DNA from: Eledone cirrhosa
Taxonomy: Eukaryota
NCBI GenBank assembly: GCA_964016885.1
Contig: OZ024760.1
Coordinates: forward strand, 35,154,001 to 35,218,000
Length of the DNA stretch: 64,000 nucleotides
Reading direction: 5' to 3'
In this document: piece by piece, positions 50,501 to 64,000 of the stretch
Layout of the letters: each line of letters begins with the position of its first letter
How positions within the stretch are numbered: the stretch's first letter is position 1
Translations under genes and position numbers: made by a program
The notes under the pieces: generated by a model
Seen by the model: only the letters and a program-made list of their open reading frames with translations
Databases searched by the model: none
Told to the model about the DNA's origin: nothing

Positions 50501-53500
50501 TGTTGGGAGGCTGCCATTACCTATGTTGGGGGAGTGCCGTTACCTATGTAGGAGGGTTCCGTTACCTATGTTGCGAGGGTGCCGTTACCTATATTGGAAT
50601 AGTGCCGTTACCTATTTTGGGAGGCTGCCGTTACCTATGTTAGGAGGGTGCCGTTACCTATGTTGGGAGAGTGCCGTCACCTATGTTGGAAGGGTGCCGT
50701 TACCCATGTTGGGAGAGTGCCATTACCTGTCTTAGAAGGGTGCATTTACCTATGTTAGGAGGGTGTCGTTACCTATGTTGGGAGGATGCCATTACTTATG
50801 TTGTGAGAGTGCCATTTTTTATATTAGTAGGATGCCGTTACCCATGTTGGGAGTGTGCCATTAACTATGTTGGGAGAGTGCCGTTACCTATGTTGGGAGA
50901 GTGCTATTACCTATGTTAGGAGGGTGCCGTTACCTATGTTGGGAGAGTGCCATTACCTGTCTTAGAAGGGTGCATTTACCTATGTTAGGAGGGTGTCGTA
51001 ACCTATGTTGGGAGAGTGCCATTACCTATGTTAGGAGGGCATCGTTACCTATGTTAGGAGGGTGCCGTTACCTATGTTGCGAGGGTAACGTTACCTATGT
51101 TGGGAGGGTGCCTTTACCTATGTTGGGAGAGTGCCATTACCTATTTAGGAGGGTGCCATTGCCTATGTTAGAAGGGTGCCGTTACCTATAATGGGAGGGT
51201 GCCGTTACCTGTGTGGTGAGAGTGCTGTTACCTATGTTGGGACACTGCCGTTACCTATTTTGGGAGGGTGCCGTTACCTATGTTGGGAGAGTGCCATTAC
51301 CTATGTTAGGAGGTTGCCGTTCCATATGTTAGGAGGGTTCCTTTACCTATGTTGGGAGGGTGCCGTTACCTACGTTAGGAGGGTTCCGTTACCTATGTTG
51401 GGAGAGTGCCGTCACCTATGTTGGGAGGGTGGCGTTACCTATGTTGGGAGAGTGCCGTTACCTATGTTGGGAGAGTGCCTTTACCTAAGTTGGGAGGGTG
51501 CCGTTACCTATGTTGGGAGAGTGCCATCACCTATATTAGGAGGGTGCCGTTACCTATGTTAGGAGGGTGCCGTTTCCTATGTTGGGAGAGTGCCATTACC
51601 TATGTTAGAAGGGTGCATTTACCTATGTTAGGAGGGTGCCGTTACCTATTTTGGGAGAGTGCCATTACCTATGTTGGTTTGGTGCCATTACCTATGTTAG
51701 GAGGGGGCCATTGTCTATGCTGGAAGGGTGCCGTTACCTATGTTGGGAGGGTGCCGTTACCTGTGTGGGGAGAGTGCTGTTACCTATGTTAAGAGGGTGC
51801 CATTACCTATGTTGGAAGGGTGCCATTACCTACGTTAGGAGGGTGCCGTTACCTATGTTGCGAGTGTGCCATTACCTATGTTGGGGGAGTGCCGTTACCT
51901 ATGTTAGTAGTGTGTCCTTACCTATGTTGGGACAGTGCCATTACCTATGTTAGGAGTGTGCCGTTACCTATGTTAAGAGGGTGTCATTACCTATGTTAGG
52001 AGGGTGCCGTTACCTATGTTGCGAGGGTGCCATTACCTATGTTGGGAGAGTGCCATTACCTATGTTGGGAGAGTGCCGTTACCTATGTTGGGAGAGTGCC
52101 ATTACCTCTGGTAGGAGGGTGGCGTTACATATGTTAGGAGGGTGTCATTACCTATGTTGGTAGGGTGCCATTACCTATGTTGAGAGAGTACCATTACCTA
52201 TGTTTGGAGGGGCCGTTACCTATGTTGGGAGAGTGCCATTACCTATGTTAAATGGGTACCGTTACCTATGTTAGGAGGGTGCCTTTACCTATGTTGGGAC
52301 GGTGCCGTTACCAATGTTGAGAGAGTGCCATTACCTATGTTGGGAGGGTACCGTTACCTATGTTGGGAGAGTGCTATTACCTATGTTGGAAGGGTGCCAT
52401 TACCTACGTTTGGAGGGTGCCATTACCTATGTTGGGAGAGTGCCATTACCTATGTTAGGGGGGTGCCATTACCTATGTTGGAAGGGTGCCCTTACCTATG
52501 TTAGGAGGGTGCAATTGCATATGTTGGAAGGGTGCCGTTACCTATGGTAGGAGGGTGCCGTTACCTATGTTGCGAGGGTGCCGTTACCGCTGTTGGGAGA
52601 GTGCAGTTACCTATTTTGGGAGGGTGCCGTTACCTATGTTAGGAGGGTGCCATTACCTATGTTGGAAGGGTGCCATTACCTATGTTAGGAGGTTGCCATT
52701 ACCTATGTTGGGAGAGTGCCATTACCTATGTTAGGAGGGTGCCGTTACCTATGTTGCGAGGGTGCCATTACCTATGTTGGGGGAGTGCAGTTACCTATGT
52801 TAGGAGTGTGCCGTTACCTATGTTAGGAGGGTGTCATTACCTATGTTGGGAGGGTGCCGTTACCTATGTTGGGAGAATGACATAACCTATGTTGGGAGGG
52901 TGCCGTCACCTATGTTAGGAGGGTGCCGTTACCTATGCTGGGAGGGTGCCGTTACCTATGTTGGGAGAGTGCCGTTACCTATGTTGCAGGGTGCCGTTAC
53001 CTATGTTGGGAGAGTGCCATTTCCTATGTTGGGAGAGTGCCGTTACCTATGTTGGGAGAGTGCCATTACCTCTGGTAGGAGGGTGCCGTTACATATGTTA
53101 GGAGGGTTCCATTCCCTATGTTGGTAGGGTGCCATTACCTATGTTAGGAGGGTGCCATTACGTATGTTAGGAAGTTGACGTTACCTATGTTGGGAGGGTG
53201 CCATTAACTATGTTGGGAGAGTTCCGTTACCTATGTTAGGAGGGTGTCGTTACCTATGTTGGGAGAGTGCCATTACCTATGTTAAATGGGTACCGTTACC
53301 TATGTTAGGAGGGTGCCTTTACCTATGTTGGGAGGGTGACGTTACCTATGTTGAGAGAGTACCATTACCTCTGTTGGGAGGGTGCCGTTACCTATGTTGG
53401 GAGAGTGCCATTAACTATGTTGGGTGAGTGCCATTACCTATGTTGGGAGTGTGCCATTACTTATATTGGGAGAGTGCCATTACCTATGTTGGGAGGGTGC

Positions 53501-56500
53501 AGTCTCTTATGTTGGGAGAGTGCCATTACCTATGTTGGGAGGGTGCTGTTAACTATGTTGGGAGAGTGTGGTTACCTATGTTGGGAGGGTGCCGTTACCT
53601 GTGTTGGGAGAGTGCTATTACCTATGTTAGGAGGGTGCCGTTACCTATGTTGGGAGATTGCCATTACCTATGTTAGGAGGGTGCCGTTACCTATGTTGGG
53701 AGGGTGCCATTACCTATGTTGGGGGAGTACCGTTACCTATGTTAGGAGGGTGCCGTTACCTATGCTGCGAGGGTGCCGTTACCTATGTTGGGAGAGTGCC
53801 GTTACCTATTTTGGGAGGCTGCCTAAGTTGGAAGGGTGCCATTACCTATGTTGGAAGGGTGACGTTACCTATGTTGGGAGATTGCCGTTGCCTATGTTGG
53901 GAGAGTGCCATTACCTATGATGGAAGGGTGCTGTTACCTATGTTGGGAGATTGCCATTCCCTATGTTGTGAGGGTGCCATTACCTATGTTAGGAGGGTGT
54001 CGTTACCTATGTTAGGAGGGTGCCATTACCTATGTTGGAAATGTGCCATTACCTATGTTAGGAGGGTGCCACTACCTATGTTGGGAGAGTGCCATTACCT
54101 ATGTTTGGAGGTGCCGTTGCCTATGTTGGGAGAGTGCCATTACCTAAGTTGGGAGGGTGCCATTACCTATGTTGGGGGAGTGCCGTTACCTATGTTAGGA
54201 GGGTGCCGTTACCTATGTTGGGAGAGTGCCATTACCTATGTTAGGAGGATGCCGTTACCTATGTTGGGAGGGTGCCATTACCTATGTTGGGAAAGTGCCG
54301 TTACCTATGTTGGGAGGGTTCCGTTACCTATGTTGGAAGGGTGCCGTTACCTACGTTAGGTGGGTGCCATTACTTATGTTGGGAGAGTGCCATTATTTAT
54401 ATTAGGAGGATGCCGTTACCTATGTTGGGAGGGTGCCATTAACTATGTTGGGAGAGTGCCGTTACCAATGTTGGGAGGGTACCGTTACCTGTGTTGGGAG
54501 AGTTCTATTACCTATGTTAGGAGGGTGCCGTTAATATGTTAGGAGGGTGCCGTTACCTGTGTTGCGAGGTTACTGTTACCTATGTTGGGAGAGTGCCATT
54601 ATTTATATTAGGAGGATGCCGTTACCTATGTTGGGAGTGTGCCATTACCTATGTTGGGAGAGTGCCATTACCTGTCTTAGAAGGGTGCATTTACCTATGT
54701 TAGGAGGGTGTCGTTACCTATGTTGGGAGAGTGCCATTACCTACGTTAGGAGGGTATCGTTACCTATGTTAGGAGGGTGTCGTTATCTATGTTGCGAGGG
54801 TACTCTTACCTATGTTGGGAGGGTGCTTTTACCTATGTTGGGAGAGTGCCATTACCTATGTTATGAGCGTGCCGTTACCTATACTAGGAGGGTGCCATTA
54901 CCTATGTTGGAAGGGTGCCGTTACCTATGTTTGGAGAGTGCCATTACCTATGTTAGGAGGGTGCCGTTACCTATGTTGGGAGAGTGCCATTACTTATGTT
55001 AGAAGGGTGCATTTACCTATGTTAGGAGGGTGCCTTTACCTATGTTGGAAGGGTTCCGTTACCTATGTCAGGAGGGTGCCATTACCTATCTTAGGAGGGT
55101 TCCTTTACCTAAGTTGGAAGGGTGCCATTACCTATGTTGGAAGGGTGCCGTTACTTATTTTGGGAGAGTGCCATTACCAATGTTAGGAGGTTGCCGTTAC
55201 ATATGTCAGGAGCGTCCATTTACCTATGTTGGGAGGGTGCCGTTACCTATGTTGGGAGAGTGCCGTTACCTATGTTGGGTGGGTGCCGTTACCTATGTTA
55301 GGAGGGTTCCTTTACCTAAGTTGGAAGGGTGCCATTACCTATGTTGGAAGGGTGCCGTTACCTATGTTGGGAGATTGCCGTTGCCTATGTTGGGAGAGTG
55401 TCATTACCTATGTTGGGTGAGTGCCGTTACCTATGTTAGGAGTGTGCCGTTACCTATGTTGGGAGAGTGCCATTACCCGTCTTAGAAGGGTTTATTTACC
55501 TATGTTAGGAGGGTGTCGTTACCTATGTTGGGAGAGTGCCATTATCTATGTTAGGAGGGTATCGTTAACTATGTTGGGAGGGTGCCGTTACCTATGTTGC
55601 GAGGTTACTGTTACCTATGTTGGGAGGGTGCCTTTACCTATGTTGGGAGAGTGCCATTACCTATGTTGTAACGGTGCCGTTACCTATGTTGAGAGGGTGC
55701 CGTTACCTATGTTCGGAGAGTGCCGTTACCTATGTTGGGAGAGTGCCATTACCTATGTTGGGAAGGTGACGTTACCTATGTTGGGAGAGTGCCATTACCT
55801 ATGTTAGGAAGGTGCCGGTACCTATGTTGGGAGAGTGTCATTACCTATGTTAGGAGGGTGTCGTTACCTATGTTAGAAATGTGCCATTACCTATGTTAGG
55901 AGGTTGTAGTTACCTTTGTTGGGAGAGTGCCATTACCTATGTTAGGAGGTGCCGTTACCTATGTTAGGAGGGTGCCTTTACCTATGTTGGAAGGGTGCCA
56001 TTACCTAGGATAGGAGGGTGCCATTACCTATGTTGGGAGAGTGCCATTACCTATATTAGGAGGATGCCGTACGTTTGTTGGGAGGGTGCCGTTAACTATG
56101 TGGGGAGAGTGACGTTATCTATGTGGGGATGGTGCCGTTACCTATGTTGGGAGAGTGACATTACCTATGTTAGGAGGGTGCCGTTACCTATGTTGGGAGA
56201 GTGCCGTTACCTATGTTGGGAGGGTGCCTTTACCTATGTTGGAACAGTGCCATTAACTATGTTGGATTGGTGCCATTACCTATGTTAGGAGGGGGACATT
56301 GCCTATGTTGGGAGGGTGCCGTTACCTGTGTGGGGAGAGTGCTGTTACCTATGTTAGGAGGGTGCCATTACCTATGTTGGAAGGGTGCCATTACCTATGT
56401 TTGGAGGGTGACATTACCTATGTTGGGAGAGTGCCATTACCTATGTTAGGAGGGTGCCATTACCTATGTTGGAAGGGTGCCCTTACCTATGTTAGGAGGG

Positions 56501-58578
56501 TGCAATTACATATTTTGGAACGGTGCCGTTACCCATGGTAGGTGAGTGCCGTTACCTATGTTACGAGGGTGCCGTTACCGCTGTTGGGAGAGTGCAGTTA
56601 CCTATTTTGGGAGGGTGCCATTACCTATGTTGGGGGAGTGCCGTTACCTATGTTAGGAGGGTGTCGTTACCTATGTTGGGACAGTGCCATTACTTATGTT
56701 AGGAGTGTGCCGTTACCTATGTTAGGAGGGTGTCATTACCTATGTTGGGAGGGTGCCGTTACCTATGTTGGGAGAATGACATTACCTATGTTGGGAGGGT
56801 GCCGTCACCTATGTTAGGAGGGTGCCGTTATCTATGCTGGGAGGGTGCCGCAACCTATGTTGGGAGAGTGCCATTACCTATGTTAGGAGGGTGCCATTAC
56901 GTATGTTGGGAGAGTGCCATTACCTATGTTAGGAGGTTGCCGTTACCTATGTTGGGAGGGTGCCGTTACCTATGTTGGGAGAGTTCCGTTACCTATGTTA
57001 AAAGGGTGTCATTACCTATGTTGGGAGTGTGCCATTACCTATGTTAAATGGGTGCCGTTACCTATGTTAGGAGCGTGCCTTTACCTATGTTGGGAGGGTG
57101 CCGTTACCTATGTTGAGAGAGTACCATTACCTATGTTGGGAGGGTGCCGTTACCTATGTTGGGAGAGTGCCATTACCTATGTTGGGAGAGTGCCATTACC
57201 TATGTTGGGAGGGTGCCGTCACCTATGTTAGGAGGGTGCCGTTACATATGTTAGGAGGGTTCCTTTACCTATGTTGGAAGGGTGCCGTTACCTATGTTGG
57301 GAGGGTGCCGTTAACTATGTTGGGAGAGTGCCGTTACCCATGTTGGGAGGGTGCCGTTACCTGTGTTGGGAGAGTGCTATTACCTATGTTAGGAGGGTGT
57401 CGTTACCTATGTTGGGACAGTGCCATTACTTATGTTAGGAGTGTGCCGTTACCTATGTTAGGAGGGTGTCATTACCTATGTTGGGAGGGTGCCGTTACCT
57501 ATGTTGGGAGAATGACATTACCTATGTTGGGAGGGTGCCGTCACCTATGTTAGGAGGGTGCCGTTATCTATGCTGGGAGGGTGCCGCTACCTATGTTGGG
57601 AGAGTGCCATTACCTATGTTAGGAGGGTGCCATTACGTATGTTGGGAGAGTGCCATTACCTATGTTAGGAGGTTGCCGTTACCTATGTTGGGAGGGTGCC
57701 GTTACCTATGTTGGGAGAGTTCCGTTACCTATGTTAAAAGGGTGTCATTACCTATGTTGGGAGTGTGCCATTACCTATGTTAAATGGGTGCCGTTACCTA
57801 TGTTAGGAGCGTGCCTTTACCTATGTTGGGAGGGTGCCGTTACCTATGTTGAGAGAGTACCATTACCTATGTTGGGAGGGTGCCGTTACCTATGTTGGGA
57901 GAGTGCCATTACCTATGTTGGGAGAGTGCCATTACCTATGTTGGGAGGGTGCCGTCACCTATGTTAGGAGGGTGCTGTTACATATGTTAGGAGGGTTCCT
58001 TTACCTATGTTGGAAGGGTGGCGTTACCTATGTTGGGAGGGTGCCGTTAACTATGTTGGGAGAGTGCCGTTACCCATGTTGGGAGGGTGCCGTTACCTGT
58101 GTTGGGAGAGTGCTATTACCTATGTTGGAGGGTGCCGTTACCTATGTTGGGAGAGTGCCATTACCTATGTTAGAAGGGTGCATTTATCTATGTTAGGAGG
58201 GTGCCGTTACCTATGTTGGGAGAGTGCCATTACCTATGTTAGGAGGGTATCATTACCTATGTTAGGAGGGTGCCGACCTATGTTGGGAGGGTGTCTCTAC
58301 CTATGTTGGGAGAGTGTCATTACCTATGTTAGGAGGGTGCCGTTACCAATGTTGGGAGGGTGTTTTACCTATGTTGGGAGAGTGCCGTTACCTATGTTGG
58401 GAGAGTGCCATTACCTATGTTGGAAGGGTGCCATTACTTATCTTAGAAGGGTGCATTTACCTATGTTAGGAGGGTGCCGTTACCTATGTTGGGAGAGTGC
58501 CATTACCTATCTTAGTAGGGTGCCATTACCTATGTTGGGAGAGTGCCATTACCTATGTTAGGAGGGTGCCGTTACCTA
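47523..58578 (+). repeat. ~11-kb segmental duplication, copy 2
   Basis: Matches 35494-46549. The only difference I located is G41700 versus A53729. Confidence 0.93.
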
Positions 58579-61500
58579 TGTTGGGAGGCTGCCATTACCT
58601 ATGTTGGGGGAGTGCCGTTACCTATGTAGGAGGGTTCCGTTACCTATGTTGCGAGGGTGCCGTTACCTATATTGGAATAGTGCCGTTACCTATTTTGGGA
58701 GGCTGCCGTTACCTATGTTAGGAGGGTGCCGTTACCTATGTTGGGAGAGTGCCGTCACCTATGTTGGAAGGGTGCCGTTACCTACGTTAGGAGGATGCCA
58801 TTACTTATGTTGTGAGAGTGCCATTTTTTATATTAGTAGGATGCCGTTACCCATGTTGGGAGTGTGCCATTAACTATGTTGGGAGAGTGCCGTTACCTAT
58901 GTTGGGAGAGTGCTACTACCTATGTTAGGAGGGTGCCGTTACCTATGTTGGGAGAGTGCCATTACCTGTCTTAGAAGGGTGCATTTACCTATGTTAGGAG
59001 GGTGTCGTTACCTATGTTGGGAGAGTGCCATTACCTATGTTAGGAGGGCATCGTTACCTATGTTAGGAGGGTGCCGTTACCTATGTTGCGAGGGTACCGT
59101 TACCTATGTTGGGAGGGTGCCTTTACCTATGTTGGGAGAGTGCCATTACCTATGTTAGGAGGGTGCCATTGCCTATGTTAGAAGGGTGCCGTTACCTATA
59201 ATGGGAGGGTGCCGTTACCTGTGTGGTGAGAGTGCTGTTACCTATGTTGGGACACTGCCGTTACCTATTTTGGGAGGGTGCCGTTACCTATGTTGGGAGA
59301 GTGCCATTACCTATGTTAGGAGGTTGCCGTTCCATATGTTAGGAGGGTTCCTTTACTTATGTTGGGAGGGTGCCGTTACCTACGTTAGGAGGGTTCCGTT
59401 ACCTATGTTGGGAGAGTGCCGTCACCTATGTTGGGAGGGTGCCGTTACCTATGTTGGGAGAGTGCCGTTACCTATGTTGGGAGAGTGCCTTTACCTAAGT
59501 TGGGAGGGTGCCGTTACCTATGTTAGGAGAGTGCCATTACCTATGTTAGGAGGTTGCCGTTCCATATGTTAGGAGGGTTCCTTTACCTATGTTGGGAGGG
59601 TGCCGTTACCTACGTTAGGAGGGTTCCGTTACCTATGTTAGGAGGGTGCCATTACCTATGTTGGGGGAGTGCCGTTACCTATGTTAGGAGGGTGCCGTTA
59701 CCTATGTTGGGAGAGTGCCATTACCTATGTTAGAAGGGTGCATTTACCTATGTTAGGAGGGTGCCGTTACCTATTTTGGGAGAGTGCCATTACCTATGTT
59801 GGTTTGGTGCCATTACCTATGTTAGGAGGGGGCCATTGTCTATGCTGGAAGGGTGCCGTTACCTATGTGGGGAGGGTGCCGTTACCTGTGTGGGGAGAGT
59901 GCTGTTACCTATGTTAAGAGGGTGCCATTACCTATGTTGGAAGGGTGCCATTACCTACGTTAGGAGGGTGCCGTTACCTATGTTGCGAGTGTGCCATTAC
60001 CTATGTTGGGGGAGTGCCGTTACCTATGTTAGGAGTGTGTCCTTACCTATGTTGGGACAGTGCCATTACCTATGTTAGGAGTGTGCCGTTACCTATGTTA
60101 GGAGGGTGTCATTACCTATGTTAGGAGGGTGCCGTTACCTATGTTGCGAGGGTGCCATTACCTATGTTGGGAGAGTGCCATTACCTATGTTGGGAGAGTG
60201 CCGTTACCTATGTTGGGAGAGTGCCATTACCTCTGGTAGGAGGGTGGCGTTACATATGTTAGGAGGGTGTCATTACCTATGTTGGTAGGGTGCCATTACC
60301 TATGTTGAGAGAGTACCATTACCTATGTTTGGAGGGGCCGTTACCTATGTTGGGAGAGTGCCATTACCTATGTTAAATGGGTACCGTTACCTATGTTAGG
60401 AGGGTGCCTTTACCTATGTTGGGACGGTGCCGTTACCAATGTTGAGAGAGTGCCGTTACCTATGTTGGGAGGGTACCGTTACCTATGTTGGGAGAGTGCC
60501 ATTACCTATGTTGGAAGGGTGCCATTACCTACGTTTGGAGGGTGCCATTACCTATGTTGGGAGAGTGCCATTACCTATGTTAGGGGGGTGCCATTACCTA
60601 TGTTGGAAGGGTGCCCTTACCTATGTTAGGAGGGTGCAATTGCATATGTTGGAAGGGTGCCGTTACCTATGGTAGGAGGGTGCCGTTACCTATGTTGCGA
60701 GGGTGCCGTTACCGCTGTTGGGAGAGTGCAGTTACCTATTTTGGGAGGGTGCCGTTACCTATGTTAGGAGGGTGCCATTACCTATGTTGGAAGGGTGCCA
60801 TTACCTATGTTAGGAGGTTGCCATTACCTATGTTGGGAGAGTGCCATTACCTATGTTAGGAGGGTGCCGTTACCTATGTTGCGAGGGTGCCATTACCTAT
60901 GTTGGGGGAGTGCAGTTACCTATGTTAGGAGTGTGCCGTTACCTATGTTAGGAGGGTGTCATTACCTATGTTGGGAGGGTGCCGTTACCTATGTTGGGAG
61001 AATGACATAACCTATGTTGGGAGGGTGCCGTCACCTATGTTAGGAGGGTGCCGTTACCTATGCTGGGAGGGTGCCGTTACCTATGTTGGGAGAGTGCCAT
61101 TTCCTATGTTGGGAGAGTGCCGTTACCTATGTTGTGAGAGTGCCATTACTTCTGGTAGGAGGGTGCCGTTACATATGTTAGGAGGGTTCCATTCCCTATG
61201 TTGGTAGGGTGCCATTACCTATGTTAGGAGGGTGCCATTACGTATGTTAGGAAGTTGCCGTTACCTATGTTGGGAGGGTGCCATTAACTATGTTGGGAGA
61301 GTTCCGTTACCTATGTTAGGAGGGTGTCGTTACCTATGTTGGGAGAGTGCCATTACCTATGTTAAATGGGTACCGTTACCTATGTTAGGAGGGTGCCTTT
61401 ACCTATGTTGGGAGGGTGACGTTACCTATGTTGAGAGAGTACCATTACCTCTGTTGGGAGGGTGCCGTTACCTATGTTGGGAGAGTGCCATTAACTATGT

Positions 61501-64000
61501 TGGGTGAGTGCCATTACCTATGTTGGGAGTGTGCCATTACTTATATTGGGAGAGTGCCATTACCTATGTTGGGAGGGTGCAGTCTCCTATGTTGGGAGAG
61601 TGCCATTACCTATGTTGGGAGGGTGCTGTTAACTATGTTGGGAGAGTGTGGTTACCTATGTTGGGAGGGTGCCGTTACCTGTGTTGGGAGAGTGCTATTA
61701 CCTATGTTAGGAGGGTGCCGTTACCTATGTTGGGAGATTGCCATTACCTATGTTAGGAGGGTGCCGTTACCTATGTTGGGAGGGTGCCATTACCTATGTT
61801 AGGAGGGTGCCGTTACCTATGTTAGGAGGGTGCCGTTACCTATGTTGGGAGAGTGCCATTACCTGTCTTAGAAGGGTGCATTTACCTATGTTAGGAGGGT
61901 GTCGTTACCTATGTTGGGAGAGTGCCATTACCTATGTTAGGAAGGCATCGTTACCTATGTTAGGAGGGTGCCGTGACCTATGTTGCGAGGGTAACGTTAC
62001 CTATGTTGGGAGGGTGCCTTTACCTATGTTGGGAGAGTGCCATTACCTATGTTAGGAGGGTGCCATTGCCTATGTTAGAAGGGTGCCGTTACCTATAATG
62101 GGAGGGTGCCGTTACCTGTGTGGTGAGAGTGCCGTTACCTATGTTGGGACACTCCCCTTACCTATTTTGGGAGGGTGCCGTTACCTATGTTGGGAGAGTG
62201 CCATTACCTATGTTAGGAGGTTGCCGTTCCATATGTTAGGAGGGTTCCTTTACCTATGTTGGGAGGGTGCCGTTACCTACGTTAGGAGGGTTCCGTTACC
62301 TATGTTAGGAGAGTGCCGTTACCTATGTTGGGAGGGTGCCGTTACCTACGTTTGGAGAGTACTATTATCTATGTTGGGAGAATGCCGTTACCTATGTTGG
62401 GAGAGTGCCGTCACCTATGTTGGGAGGGTGCCGTTACCTATGTTGGGAGAGTGCCGTTACCTATGTTGGGAGAGTGCCTTTACCTAAGTTGAGAGGGTGC
62501 CGTTACCAATGTTGGGAGAGTGCCATCACCTATATTAGGTGGGTGCCGTTACCTATGTTAGGAGGGTGCCATTACCTATGTTGGGGGAGTGCCGTTACCT
62601 ATGTTAGGAGGGTGCCGTTACCTATGTTGGGAGAGTGCCATTACCTATCTTAGAAGGGTGCATTTACCTATGTTAGGAGGGTGCCGTTACCTATGTTGGG
62701 AGAGTGCCATTACCTATGTTGGTTTGGTGCCATTACCTATGTTAGGAGGGGGCCATTGTCTATGCTGGAAGGGTGCCGTTACCTATGTTGGGAGGGTGCC
62801 GTTACCTGTGTGGGGAGAGTGCTGTTACCTATGTTAAGAGGGTGCCATTACCTATGTTGGAAGGGTGCCATTACCTACGTTAGGAGGGTGCCGTTTCCTA
62901 AGTTGCGAGGGTGCCATTACCTATGTTGGGGGAGTGCCGTTACCTATGTTAGGAGGGTGCCGTTACCTATGTTGGGACAGTGCCATTACCTATGTTAGGA
63001 GGGTGCCGTTACCTATGTTGCGAGGGTGCCGTTACCTATGGTAGGAGGGTGCCGTTACCTATGTTGCGAGGGTGCCGTTACCCCTGTTGGGAGAGTGCAG
63101 TTACCTATTTTGGGAGGTTGCCGTTACCTATGTTGGGAGAGTGCCATTACCTATGTTAGGAGAGTGCCGTTACCTATGTTGCGAGTGTGCCATTACCTAT
63201 GTTGGGGGAGTGCCGTTACCTATGTTAGGAGGGTGTCCTTACCTATGTTGGGACAGTGCCATTACCTATGTTAGGAGTGTGCCGTTACCTATGTTAGGAG
63301 GGTGTCATTACCTATGTTAGGAGGGTGCCGTTACCTATGTTGCGAGGGTGCCATTACCTATGTTGGGAGAGTGCCATTACCTATGTTGGGAGAGTGCCGT
63401 TACCTATGTTGGGAGAGTGCCATTACCTCTGGTAGGAGGGTGCCGTTACATATGTTAGGAGGGTGTCATTACCTATGTTGGTAGGGTGCCATTACCTATG
63501 TTGAGAGAGTACCATTACCTATGTTTGGAGGGGCCGTTACCTATGTTGGGAGAGTGCCATTACCTATGTTAATAGGTACCGTTACCTATGTTAGGAGGGT
63601 GCCTTTACCTATGTTGGGAGGGTGCCGTTACCAATGTTGAGAGAGTGCCATTACCTATGTTGGGAGGGTACCGTTACCTATGTTGGGAGAGTGCCATTAC
63701 CTGTTGGGAGAGTGCCATTACCTATGTTGGAAGGGTGCCATTACCTACGTTTGGAGGGTGCCATTACCTATTTTGGGAGAGTGCCATTACCTATGTTAGG
63801 GGGGTGCCATTACCTATGTTGGAAGGGTGCCCTTACCTATGTTAGGAGGGTGCAATTGCATATGTTGGAAGGGTGCCGTTACCTATGGTAGGAGGGTGCC
63901 GTTACCTATGTTGCGAGGGTGCCGTTACCGCTGTTGGGAGAGTGCAGTTACCTATTTTGGGAGGGTGCCGTTACCTATGTTAGGAGGGTGCCATTACCTA

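Larger units (their letters stand above)
23309..64000 (+). repeat. 23-bp tandem satellite, right array (about 1770 monomers, truncated by the window end)
   Basis: Same consensus and orientation as 1-2606. Resumes at GTGCCGTTACCTATG (23309) and runs uninterrupted to the window end. Confidence 0.98.

Noticed and set aside
162-63891. Hundreds of + strand ORFs with the repeat VPLPMLGGCRYLCWEGAVTYVGR (Cys/Trp-rich 'proteins')
   Set aside because: Artefact: three 23-bp monomers make 69 bp, i.e. 23 aa, giving the same peptide in all three frames. The + strand lacks stops except the TAG variant. The - strand monomer (CCTCCCAACATAGGTAACGGCAC) contains TAG and TAA, which explains the absence of - strand ORFs. 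Frameshifting indels are tolerated.
23309-64000. CRISPR array (23-bp repeats)
   Set aside because: Repeats are directly adjacent with no unique spacers, no leader and no cas genes.

Overview
The window is entirely satellite DNA, most likely eukaryotic heterochromatin; the species cannot be identified from the sequence. I see no credible gene, RNA gene, transposase or CRISPR array, and no protein-coding system. A G-rich 23-bp satellite (consensus GTGCC[G/A]TTACCTATGTT[G/A]GGAG[G/A]) occupies 1-2606 and 23309-64000. It is interrupted, with base-sharp junctions, by a 20.7-kb block (2607-23308) of an unrelated AT-rich satellite. That satellite has a ~370-bp monomer, a ~2.1-kb higher-order repeat (HOR), many TTCGAA palindromes and a ~30-bp-arm inverted repeat across monomer junctions. 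The block is flanked on both sides by GTGCCGT. The right 23-bp array shows nested higher-order structure: 231 bp, 736 bp, ~2.6-3.05 kb, ~3.6-4.4 kb, ~7.6-8.1 kb, and a near-identical 11-kb duplication at offset 12,029 bp. All ORFs in the track are by-products of the repeats. Alignments were done by eye using marker variants and ORF-track offsets, so internal boundaries are approximate.
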